The notes under the pieces are model-generated. The model searched no databases, was not told where the DNA came from, and worked only from the letters and a program-made list of their open reading frames with translations. A stretch of 29,447 bases of DNA, from positions 1 to 29,447 of the forward strand of contig JAYZFK010000059.1 in NCBI GenBank assembly GCA_036336835.1. The letters are read 5' to 3'. The position numbers were made by a program, and so were the translations under genes. The number at the start of each line of letters is the position of its first letter. The stretch's first letter is position 1. This document shows positions 1 through 8,181 of this stretch, piece after piece. The DNA is from Myxococcota bacterium. Its GTDB lineage: Bacteria; Myxococcota_A; UBA9160; UBA4427.

Positions 1-1101
1 GTTGTCGCGGAAGGCAAAGACCACGCCGCCTCCGAGCAAGCCGTAGGGCTGGATGCGTCCGGTGAGAATCGGAACCTTGAGGTTGACCGTCAGAACGAGC
101 AACTCGACATTGATCTTGTCGGTGTCGCTAGCAGACAGGTAGGTGACAGTGTCGTCCACGAACCGGCCGCCTCCGCTCGTAAGGAAGGGCGGGACCGTGA
201 CCACACCCGGTTGCGAGTAGTTCGGGATGTCGACCTCGAATCCCGACATGTACTCGAGCTGAAGCTCGATCGCGAGATTGGGCAGGACGCGGTTGCCCGC
301 GCGTACGTTCAAGCCTTGACTGTTCCCCACCGAGGCGGTGCCCAGGGCCTCCCCGAGGGTGTTCATCACCGTCAGGCAGTATGTCTCAAGCACAGACTGC
401 CTACTGGCGTGCCCACAGGCCTGGCCCGGCCGGATTATGTTTTGGTTGGGCGGCCCCGGGTTGGTGTCAAACGGTAGGTCGATCTGCTGAGCCTGGAGAC
501 CGTTCACCACCGTGTTGAGTTCTTCTTTCAAGAACGCGGTTTCGAAGCCGGGTCTGAGTCCAGGGATCGGCTGTACCCGAACAGTCCCTCCGATTTGAAG
601 AGAGAGATCGGGGCTTGAGGGGTCGCCGTTCTGGGCCTGTAGGAGAGCGGCTAGGGGAACGGCCGGAATGAAAATGCCTTGAGGGGGCCCATCGTCCGGA
701 AACGTCCTAATGTCGTTGAGGGGCGAGATTGGGCAGACGGTGGTGATGCACGGCGCGTCCGCCCGCGGATTGACGTCTTGGATGCTAGTCCTCGACCGGT
801 TCTCGTCCGCCTCACTGCCGAACTGGCGGAACGGAACGAGTCGCTCTTTCTTGATCTTGTCGCTTTCCTGGGGTTCGAGCGCGAATTTCTCGCGATTGCG
901 GTTGAGCTTGTCAGCGAGCTTGCTTGCCTTGCCCCAGGAGTACCCGATCTGGAGGTAGTAGCCGTCGCGGGCGTAGTCCGGCCCGGTGTCCTCCTGCGCG
1001 GGGCCGAGAAGCACGTCTTCCGGAGCACTATCCCGGGCGAACGCCTGAGTGACGAGTAGCAGCAGGCTCGCGGTACAGATTCCAAGTGCTCTTCTCAGCA
1101 C
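1..1101 (-). CDS. Outer-membrane beta-barrel protein (OmpA-TM/OmpW-like porin family) with a large insertion; 3' end runs off the window
   Basis: Manually translated; not in the ORF track. GTG start at 1101 follows GGGGAAAG, and the frame is open to base 1 (367 codons). Signal peptide MLRRALGICTASLLLLVTQAFA is followed by amphipathic beta-strands: DYARDGYYLQIGYSWG, NSQGLNVRAGNRVLPNLAIELQLEYM, LVLTVNLKVPILTGRIQPYGLLGGGVVFAF. Confidence 0.8.
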   Translation of the reverse strand, partial: MLRRALGICTASLLLLVTQAFARDSAPEDVLLGPAQEDTGPDYARDGYYLQIGYSWGKASKLADKLNRNREKFALEPQESDKIKKERLVPFRQFGSEADENRSRTSIQDVNPRADAPCITTVCPISPLNDIRTFPDDGPPQGIFIPAVPLAALLQAQNGDPSSPDLSLQIGGTVRVQPIPGLRPGFETAFLKEELNTVVNGLQAQQIDLPFDTNPGPPNQNIIRPGQACGHASRQSVLETYCLTVMNTLGEALGTASVGNSQGLNVRAGNRVLPNLAIELQLEYMSGFEVDIPNYSQPGVVTVPPFLTSGGGRFVDDTVTYLSASDTDKINVELLVLTVNLKVPILTGRIQPYGLLGGGVVFAFRDN

Positions 1102-1323
1102 GACTTTCCCCTATCTGACCTGGAGCAGGAGCACTGGGACACGGCAGGATCCCGCGAAAATGGCAGGTCACTCTCGCACGACGCGCGCGGTGGTTCAAGC
1201 GCCGTTTTGCAGGGCTGCGTAGCGGCATGGGTTCGGTGGTCTGCCGGGCACGGGCACTTTCTGCAATCATTCGTTGACGCTTGGCAGCGACCCCGGCTCT
1301 GAGGCCGGACCAGGGGGCCCGCG

Positions 1324-1719
1324 ATGAGCGACGAGAACAAGCGGATCGTTCGTAGCTATTTCGCGAGCGTCGCGAGCGGTGATGGAAAGGCTCTCGACTG
1401 GTTGTCCGGCGACGTCGAGTGGTGGGTGCCGCAAGGCAGCTCGCTCGGCGGCACCTACCGAGGCAAGGCTGCTGTCATCGAGCTGATGGAACGCGGCGTC
1501 GGGGCCTACTCGCCGGACGTGCCCATGCAGATCGAGATCCGTCAGCTGGTGGCCGAGGGGAGCTGGGTGTGTGCGCAGATCGAGCTGAGCGCGGCGACGC
1601 GGGACGGGCGCCCCTACTGCAACCGCTACCACATTGCCTTCCGGCTGTCGGACGGACGGATCGTCGAGGTGAACGAGTACGTCGACACGCGGTACGTGTA
1701 CGAGACGCTCGGCCTGTGA
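1324..1719 (+). CDS. SnoaL-like / NTF2-family (ketosteroid-isomerase-like) protein
   Basis: 131 aa with family-typical segments NKRIVRSYF, DVEWWVPQ, GTYRGKAAV, LVAEG, YCNRY and DGRIVEVNEYVDT. Confidence 0.85.
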   Translation: MSDENKRIVRSYFASVASGDGKALDWLSGDVEWWVPQGSSLGGTYRGKAAVIELMERGVGAYSPDVPMQIEIRQLVAEGSWVCAQIELSAATRDGRPYCNRYHIAFRLSDGRIVEVNEYVDTRYVYETLGL

Positions 1720-1826
1720 CCGACGTGGTCCGGTTGGGGACGATTCGGGCCCGGGTCGGGTAGGGTAGGGTGCAGTAGCAAGGGGTCGTTTGCGGTGGGC
1801 GCGCTGGCGCCGATGGAGGTAGGTCG

Positions 1827-2705
1827 ATGGGGCTTCCCGAACCGCCGGAGCTGGGCGCGAGTGCACTACCGGCTGGAAGCTTCGGCGGGCAGGTCGTCGT
1901 AGTGACGGGCGGTGGCACGGGACTCGGCAAGGGCATCGCGGTGGAGTACGCACGACTCGGTGCGTGCGTCGTCATCCTGAGTCGCAAGGAGGAGCACCGC
2001 AAGGCGGGGGTCGAGGCTGTCGAGGCGACGGGCGCGCGCGGTGCCGCTTACGAATGCGACATCCGCAACCCCGAGGCCATCGCGGCCGCCTTCGACGAGA
2101 TCGAGTCCGCTCTCGGTCTGCCCGATGTGCTGGTGAACAACGCGGCGGGGAACTTTCCGGCTCCGGCCGAAGATCTCAGCCCGAATGGTTGGCGGGTCGT
2201 CGTCGACATCGTGCTCAATGGAACATTCTACTGCTCGCGCGAGTTCGGACGCCGCCACATCGCGGCCGGCACGCCCGGAAGTATCGTGAACGTCGGTGCT
2301 TCGTATGCGTGGACGGGCGGCCCCGGCTTTGCCCACTCGGCCGCGTCGAAGGCGGGCGTCAAGAACCTGACCGAGACCCTGGCTGTCGAGTGGGGGCCGT
2401 ATGGCATCCGGGTGAACGGTCTGGTCCCCGGTCTGTTCCCGCACGAGGACGAGACGGCCGACATCCAGGGTGTGCCGGGCCGGGGCGACCGCGAACTCGA
2501 GGAGGCGAGCTGCCCCGCTGGGCGAACCGGGCGACGCCGCGAACTGGGCTGGGCGGCGACCTTCCTGGCGTCTCCGTATGCGGCTTTCATCAGCGGTCAC
2601 ACTCTCGTGGTGGACGGCGCGAACTGGCAGCGACGCGCGATGCAGCAGCCCGCCTTCGTCCCGATCCGCGAGCAGTTGGGCAAGGGGACGTTCGAGCTCG
2701 GTTAG
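1827..2705 (+). CDS. SDR-family oxidoreductase, 2,4-dienoyl-CoA reductase-like
   Basis: TGGGTGLG Rossmann motif, NNAAGNF, AHSAASKAGV (His in place of the usual Tyr, as in DECR-type SDRs) and LAVEWGPYGIRVN. SD GGAGG lies upstream. Confidence 0.85.
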   Translation: MGLPEPPELGASALPAGSFGGQVVVVTGGGTGLGKGIAVEYARLGACVVILSRKEEHRKAGVEAVEATGARGAAYECDIRNPEAIAAAFDEIESALGLPDVLVNNAAGNFPAPAEDLSPNGWRVVVDIVLNGTFYCSREFGRRHIAAGTPGSIVNVGASYAWTGGPGFAHSAASKAGVKNLTETLAVEWGPYGIRVNGLVPGLFPHEDETADIQGVPGRGDRELEEASCPAGRTGRRRELGWAATFLASPYAAFISGHTLVVDGANWQRRAMQQPAFVPIREQLGKGTFELG

Positions 2706-2741
2706 TCGCGCAACGGCTGAGGGACACGCGAGGAGGTCGCG

Positions 2742-4598
2742 GTGGAGGTGGGCGCGGCCGCGTGGAGCCGAAAGCGTCTGTGCATCGGGCTCGTGTCGGC
2801 AGGGCTGATCGTCTATGCCAATGCGCTCGGCGGCATCTTCGTCTTCGACGACGTGCTCGCCATCGAAGAGAACCCGCATGTTCGCACGCTGTGGCCACCG
2901 TGGTACGCGGCTTGGGCAGAGCATGAGTCTCCGCTCTCCGGCCGGCCGATTCCCGCGTACTCGCTGGCGCTGAACTTCGCGCTTGGCGGTCTGGATCCCT
3001 TCGGTTACAAGCTGGTGAACCTCCTCCTGCACCTGGCCTGCGGACTCGCGTTGTTTGCGGCGGTCGGAGGGGCACTACGCATGCCGGTGCTCGCGCGGCG
3101 CTTCGGGCCGCGTGCGGATTCTCTGGCGTTTGCGGCCGCGCTGCTCTGGATCGTCCACCCGCTCGCCAGTGAGTGCGTCAACTACGTTGCACAGCGCACC
3201 GAGTCGTGGATGGCGCTCGCCTATCTGTCGTCGCTCGCCTGTACTGCGAGAGCCTGGACGAGTTCCTCCCCGAGCCGCTGGCGCATGCTCGCCGTGCTCG
3301 CCTGCGCCGCCGGTATGGCGTCGAAGGAAGTGATGGTCTCGGCACCCCTCGCCGTAGCGGCGTTCGAGTGGGCCTTTGGCGGTGTGGCGCTGCGGCCTTT
3401 GCTGCGCGAGCGCGCTCGTTTCTACGGCGCACTCGCCGGCTGCTGGACGATCCTCGCCGCGCTGATGCTGGCGAGCTTCCGGAGCGACACCGTCGGCTTC
3501 GACGGAGAGGTCGACGCCACGACCTATCTGTGGAATCAGGCCCAGGTCATTCCCCGCTATCTGCGTCTGGTCGTGTGGCCGACCGGACTGGCTCATGACT
3601 GGGGGATGCCGCGAGCGCTCGAGTTCACCGACGTGGTGTCCGGGTTGCTCCTGACCAGTGGGCTGCTCGTCGTCGCCCTGGTGATGTTCATTCGTCGTCC
3701 GGTGATCGGCTGGCCGCTGCTCTTCGTCTTCGCGGTGCTCGCGCCCACGTCGAGCTTCATTCCAATCTTGACCGAGGTCGCAGCGGAGCGGCGGATGCTG
3801 TTGCCACTGGCGGCCCTCTGCGCGCTGGCCGCTGTCGCTGGAGACCAAGGGGCTCGTTGGCTCGGAGCAAGTGAACGATCGAGGGTGGTTGCGCTGCTGG
3901 CCATCGCGCTCGCGCTCGGAACGGCAACGGTATTGCGCAACGAGCGCTACCAAGATCGGCTCGATCTCTGGCAGTCCGCCGTAGCGGTGTTCCCCGACAA
4001 CGCGCGCGCTCACACGAACGTGGGGCAGGCGTTGATGGGGCAGCAGCGCTTCGAAGAGTCGGTGGCATCGCTGCGCCGGGGGGTCGTGCTGTCGCCGGAA
4101 TTCGCCGAGGGGTACAACGAACTCGCGATCGCGTTGGTTGCGCTGGGCCTGCACAGCGAGGCCCGGGTCCACTTCGAGCGAGCCATCGAGCTCGAGCCCG
4201 ACTTCGCCAAGGCTCTGCAGAACCTCGGCGTGCTGCTTTCGGTGAGCGACGATCGCGGGCGTGCGCGCGAGCTGCTGCGCCGCAGCCTCCAGCTCGATCC
4301 GAATTCGGCCAACGCGGCGAAGGCACTTGCCTGGCTGCTCGCAACCGACCGGGAACATCGCAGGCCGCGCCGCGCGGTCGCGCTGGCGGAGCGCGGACTG
4401 GCACTTGGCGGAGAGAGTGCGCAGGCGCTCGATGTGTTGGCGGCGGCGCTTGCGGCCGACGGCGATTTCGAGCGGGCAATCGAGGTTGCGACGCGCGCGC
4501 AGCTGCGTGCGGCAGCCGAAGGGAGTCTCGATCTACGGGCGTCGATCGGCTCGAGGCTGCAGCGTTATCGCGCCGGAGAGCCCTGGCGCGAGCCCTGA
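2742..4598 (+). CDS. TMTC-like GT-C glycosyltransferase (putative protein O-mannosyltransferase) with C-terminal TPR repeats
   Basis: FVFDD..AIEEN acidic motif after TM1, RP motif, HPLASECVNY..QR, SKE, DUF1736-like YLRLVVWPTGLAHDW, AERRMLLP, then TPRs (PDNARAHTNVG, PEFAEGYNELA, PDFAKALQNLG). SD GAGGAGG. Confidence 0.8.
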   Translation: MEVGAAAWSRKRLCIGLVSAGLIVYANALGGIFVFDDVLAIEENPHVRTLWPPWYAAWAEHESPLSGRPIPAYSLALNFALGGLDPFGYKLVNLLLHLACGLALFAAVGGALRMPVLARRFGPRADSLAFAAALLWIVHPLASECVNYVAQRTESWMALAYLSSLACTARAWTSSSPSRWRMLAVLACAAGMASKEVMVSAPLAVAAFEWAFGGVALRPLLRERARFYGALAGCWTILAALMLASFRSDTVGFDGEVDATTYLWNQAQVIPRYLRLVVWPTGLAHDWGMPRALEFTDVVSGLLLTSGLLVVALVMFIRRPVIGWPLLFVFAVLAPTSSFIPILTEVAAERRMLLPLAALCALAAVAGDQGARWLGASERSRVVALLAIALALGTATVLRNERYQDRLDLWQSAVAVFPDNARAHTNVGQALMGQQRFEESVASLRRGVVLSPEFAEGYNELAIALVALGLHSEARVHFERAIELEPDFAKALQNLGVLLSVSDDRGRARELLRRSLQLDPNSANAAKALAWLLATDREHRRPRRAVALAERGLALGGESAQALDVLAAALAADGDFERAIEVATRAQLRAAAEGSLDLRASIGSRLQRYRAGEPWREP

Positions 4599-4615
4599 CG
4601 CGCGAAACGCAGCGT

Positions 4616-5848
4616 TCAGGTCGTGGTCTTGAGCTCGCGGAAGGGCACGCTTCGATCCTCGCGCGGCTCGCGCGGCAGCTGGAGCACGCGTTCTCCGATC
4701 CCGTTTCGATGGACTTCAGAGGTGCCGCCGCCGATGGTACCCATCGGGAAGTCGAGGAAGGCGCCTTGCCACTCGCCGTGCTCGGGCGCGTCATCGCCGT
4801 CGAGCAATGCGTCGTCGCCCAGCAGCTCGAGCGCGACTTGGTCTTTGAACGCGCGCGCTTCGGCCCAGAACACCTTCATGACCGAGCCGTCGATATCGGG
4901 CATGCGGCCGGAGCGGACAGCGGCCTCCATCCTCGCGCGGAACAGCGCAAGAATCCTCTCATTGACGAAGACGCGAGCGAGCTGTTGTCGGACGACGGGG
5001 TCGTCGGCTCGTCCCGCGCGCCGGGCGAGCGCAGCGAGGCGATCGACGTCGCGAGTGCCGACGGACGACGTCCCGATCATCACAGACTCGTTGGCGAGCG
5101 TGGTACGAGCGACCGCCCAGCCGCCGTCGAGATCCCCGATCGCCCGGTCGCGCGGGACCCGCACGTCTCGGAAGAACACCTCGTTGAAGTGCACACCGCC
5201 GGTGTTCGTGACGAGCGGACGGACCTCGACTCCTGGCGTGCGAATGTCGGCGATCAGACATGTGATGCCGGCGTGCTTGGGAAGATCCGGATTCGATCGC
5301 ACCAACAGGATGCCGAGATCCGCGTACTGCGCGCCGGTCGTCCAGACCTTTTGTCCATTGACTACGAAGTCCTGGCCGTCGAGCTCGGCGCGCGTCCGCA
5401 GATTCGCGAGGTCGGAGCCGGCGTCGGGCTCGCTGAACAGCTGGCACCACACGTCCTCGGCCGAGAGCAGGCGCGGCAGGTAGTGGCGGCGCTGGTCCTC
5501 TCGGCCGTGATTGAGCAGCGCCGGGCCGACGAGCGCGATCGTCGAGGCAATGAAGCCCGAGGTGGCATCGAAGGTCGCTTGCTCCTGGTTGAAGATCATC
5601 TGATGCGCCGGCGTGAGGCCGCGTCCGCCGTACTCGACCGGCCAGGGGATGCCCGCCCAGCCCGCCTGGTAGAGCGTGCTCTGCCACGCGCGGCAGCGCT
5701 CGAAGTGGGCGGCTTCCGCCTCGGGGCTGTGTCCGCGAAGCCGGGACAGGTCTGCGTCCGCGTCGCAAAGTGGTCTCGCATTCGCCTCGAGCCACGCCCG
5801 GGCCTCCGCGCGGAATGCCTGCTCTTCGGGTGTGTCCTGGATACGCAT
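4616..5848 (-). CDS. Acyl-CoA dehydrogenase (catalytic, FadE/ChsE alpha-type subunit)
   Basis: WCQLFSEPDAGSDLA, VNGQKVWTT, FNEVFF, TLANE and TIGGGTSEV motifs. Confidence 0.92.
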   Translation of the reverse strand: MRIQDTPEEQAFRAEARAWLEANARPLCDADADLSRLRGHSPEAEAAHFERCRAWQSTLYQAGWAGIPWPVEYGGRGLTPAHQMIFNQEQATFDATSGFIASTIALVGPALLNHGREDQRRHYLPRLLSAEDVWCQLFSEPDAGSDLANLRTRAELDGQDFVVNGQKVWTTGAQYADLGILLVRSNPDLPKHAGITCLIADIRTPGVEVRPLVTNTGGVHFNEVFFRDVRVPRDRAIGDLDGGWAVARTTLANESVMIGTSSVGTRDVDRLAALARRAGRADDPVVRQQLARVFVNERILALFRARMEAAVRSGRMPDIDGSVMKVFWAEARAFKDQVALELLGDDALLDGDDAPEHGEWQGAFLDFPMGTIGGGTSEVHRNGIGERVLQLPREPREDRSVPFRELKTTT

Positions 5849-5881
5849 CGGCTCCGGTCGTCTCCCGTCGGTCGCAGGCCC

Positions 5882-6991
5882 TCAGGCGGTTGCGCTCACG
5901 CCCACCAGTCGGGCGATGCGCTCGCCGTGCCAGCGCGTGTCGCCGAGCAACACGGCACTCGAGCGTGCGCGCCGCAGGTAGAGGTGCGTGTCGTACTCCC
6001 AGGTGAATCCCACGCCGCCGTGGATCTGGATGTTGTCGCGCGCTGACTGGACGAAGGCATCCGACACGAAGCTCTTGGCGACGCTCGCATCGAGTGCCAG
6101 CTCGTCGGGGGCCACGACCGCCGACTCGATTGCGTGGTCTACCAATGACAGGGCGCAGTCGGTCGCGATCTGCATGTCCGCGGCGCGATGCTTGACTGCC
6201 TGGAACGAGCCGATCGCCCGGCCGAACTGGCGCCGCTCTCGGGCGTAGTCGGCTGCCGCAGCCAGCACGCACTCCATGCCGCCCAGGATCTCGCCGCCCA
6301 GAATGGCCGTCGCCTGGTCGAGAGCGCGCTCGAGCGCGGGGCCGTCGGCGCCGGGTGTACCAATTGGTGTAGCCGGAACGTCATCGAAGTCGAGTCGCGC
6401 CAGGCGGCGCGTTCGGTCGAAGGTCCGCAGCGGTCGACGTTCCAGTCCGCGGGCGGCGCCGTCGACGCGGAACAGACCGATGCCCGACTCGCAGGCGGCG
6501 GCCACCAGGATGCGCTCCGCGATGTGGCCGTCGACCACGTGCGGCTGTGTGCCCCGGACGCGGAAGCCGTCCGCGCTGGCTCGGGCGGACAGCGGCGTCG
6601 CTGCTAGATCGCGTTGTGCCGCCAGCGCCAGGATTTCGCCGGCGGCGATCGCGCCCTCGAGCTCTTCGCGCGCCCTCGTATCGGCAGCGTGCTCGATTGC
6701 CCCTCCGGCCAGCACCACGGTCGCTAGGTAGGGAGTGCAGACGAGGGCCCGGCCCAGCTCGCGCGCGATGATCCCGACCTCTGCCAGGCCGAGCCCCTGG
6801 CCGCCGCGCTCCTCGGCAACCGCCACGCTCTGCAGGCCGAGTTCCTCGGCCATCTGTTTCCACACCCCCTCGTCGTAGCCTGACTCCGTCTCCATCAGCC
6901 GCCGAGTCTCGCCCGACGGGGAGGTCTCCTCGAAGAATCGACGCACCAGCTCTGCGAGCGCCGTGTGCTCTTCGGAGGGGGATGCGATCAA
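5882..6991 (-). CDS. Acyl-CoA dehydrogenase (partner beta-type subunit)
   Basis: RRQFGRAIGSFQAVKHR and IQIHGGVGFTWEYDTHLYLRRA. It lacks the SEP..GSD motif and is adjacent to the alpha-type ACAD. TTG start with SD GGAGAG. Confidence 0.9.
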   Translation of the reverse strand: MIASPSEEHTALAELVRRFFEETSPSGETRRLMETESGYDEGVWKQMAEELGLQSVAVAEERGGQGLGLAEVGIIARELGRALVCTPYLATVVLAGGAIEHAADTRAREELEGAIAAGEILALAAQRDLAATPLSARASADGFRVRGTQPHVVDGHIAERILVAAACESGIGLFRVDGAARGLERRPLRTFDRTRRLARLDFDDVPATPIGTPGADGPALERALDQATAILGGEILGGMECVLAAAADYARERRQFGRAIGSFQAVKHRAADMQIATDCALSLVDHAIESAVVAPDELALDASVAKSFVSDAFVQSARDNIQIHGGVGFTWEYDTHLYLRRARSSAVLLGDTRWHGERIARLVGVSATA

Positions 6992-7016
6992 GCTGCTCTC
7001 CAGCGGCGGGGATCGT

Positions 7017-7022
7017 TAGAAT
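7017..7022 (+). promoter_or_regulatory. Putative sigma-70 -10 element (TAGAAT) for the Rieske oxygenase gene
   Basis: TAGAAT in the divergent intergenic region, about 80 nt upstream of ATG 7100. Confidence 0.4.
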
Positions 7023-7053
7023 CGGCTCCAGTCTGCCCCAGATTGCCGGCGTG

Positions 7054-7067
7054 CGAACGTCAGTTCG
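7054..7067. promoter_or_regulatory. Palindromic operator candidate CGAAC-N4-GTTCG
   Basis: Perfect 5-bp inverted repeat CGAACgtcaGTTCG between the divergent ACAD and Rieske genes. Confidence 0.35.
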
Positions 7068-7099
7068 ATGCGACGGCGGGCGACGGTCGCTGGAGGGTC

Positions 7100-8170
7100 A
7101 TGGACAAGCTGATCGACCGCGTCATGTCGGGCGAGACCCCGCTCCAGGCGGTTTCCAAGCTCGACGAGCGACCGGTGTCGAAGATGACGTCGCTCGAGCG
7201 CTTTCCCTACTACACGAGCTTCCCGTTCGCGTGGTATCGGGTCGCCTTTGCCGAGCAGCTTGCCGCCGGAGAGGTTCGGCCGATCCGCTACCTGGGCCGC
7301 GACCTGATCGCCTGGCGCGAAGCGGACGGGACTCCGCACGTCATGGATGCCTACTGCCCCCACCTCGGCGCTCATCTCGGCGTCGGGGGGCAGGTCGAGG
7401 GGTGTGAGCTGGTCTGCCCGTTCCACTGGTGGCGGTTCGACGGCGAAGGCCGCAATACGTTGATCCCGTACGACGGCGGCCGGAACGAGTCGGCCACGAT
7501 CAAGTCCTATCCGACCGTCGAACGCAACGGAATCGTCCTGTTCTGGTATCACCCGACCGGTGAGCCACCGCTGTGGGAGGTGCCCGAGCTCGACCTGTGC
7601 AGTGACCCGGCGTACACCGACTACGACCGCTACACCTGGCACATTCGCATCCCGTGGCAGGAGTTTGCCGAGAACGGTCCGGACTTCATTCACCTGCGCA
7701 CCGTACACGGCGCGGTAGAGATCCCCGAGCTCGAGCGACTGACCTACGACGGCTATACGACCTCGCTCCGCTCGAAGGTGAACTTCGACACGCCGCGGGG
7801 ACCTCAGTCGGGGCGGATCGACACCGATGGCTGGGGGCCGGGCTTCGCTGTCGCCCGTTTCAGCGGGATCATCGACGCCTTCTTCGTCGGATGTAGCACG
7901 CCGATCGACTTCGATGTGCTCGAGGTGACGCACAGCTACAGAGTCGGCAAGCTCGGCACGACCCCGGAGTTGCTCGATCGAACGCGTCGCGTGGGTGACG
8001 CGCTGATCCGTGATCTGGTGAAGCAGGTCGAGGAAGACATCGTCATCTTCGAGCACAAGATCAGTCAGCCGCAGCCGAAGCTGTCGGCGGCCGACGGCCC
8101 GATCCCACAGTTTCGCAAGTGGGCGCAGCAGTTCTATCTGCCAGGAGATCCGCGCGCTACGAACCGTTAG
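7100..8170 (+). CDS. Rieske [2Fe-2S] monooxygenase alpha subunit, KshA / Neverland (steroid oxygenase)-like
   Basis: Rieske ligands CPHLG...CPFH and mononuclear-iron motif ENGPDFIHLRTVH...EDIVIFEHK. Start moved to ATG 7100, which follows SD GGAGG. Confidence 0.88.
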   Translation: MDKLIDRVMSGETPLQAVSKLDERPVSKMTSLERFPYYTSFPFAWYRVAFAEQLAAGEVRPIRYLGRDLIAWREADGTPHVMDAYCPHLGAHLGVGGQVEGCELVCPFHWWRFDGEGRNTLIPYDGGRNESATIKSYPTVERNGIVLFWYHPTGEPPLWEVPELDLCSDPAYTDYDRYTWHIRIPWQEFAENGPDFIHLRTVHGAVEIPELERLTYDGYTTSLRSKVNFDTPRGPQSGRIDTDGWGPGFAVARFSGIIDAFFVGCSTPIDFDVLEVTHSYRVGKLGTTPELLDRTRRVGDALIRDLVKQVEEDIVIFEHKISQPQPKLSAADGPIPQFRKWAQQFYLPGDPRATNR

Positions 8171-8181
8171 GCAAAGGCCCG

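Noticed and set aside
651..1085. Track ORFs 651..1085(-), 679..1059(+), 710..958(+) and 211..477(+)
   Set aside because: They are off-frame or antisense shadows of the real 1101->1 beta-barrel frame.
1240..1270. GGCAC...TGCA as a possible sigma-54 promoter upstream of the SnoaL gene
   Set aside because: The GG-to-GC spacing does not match the required GG-N10-GC.
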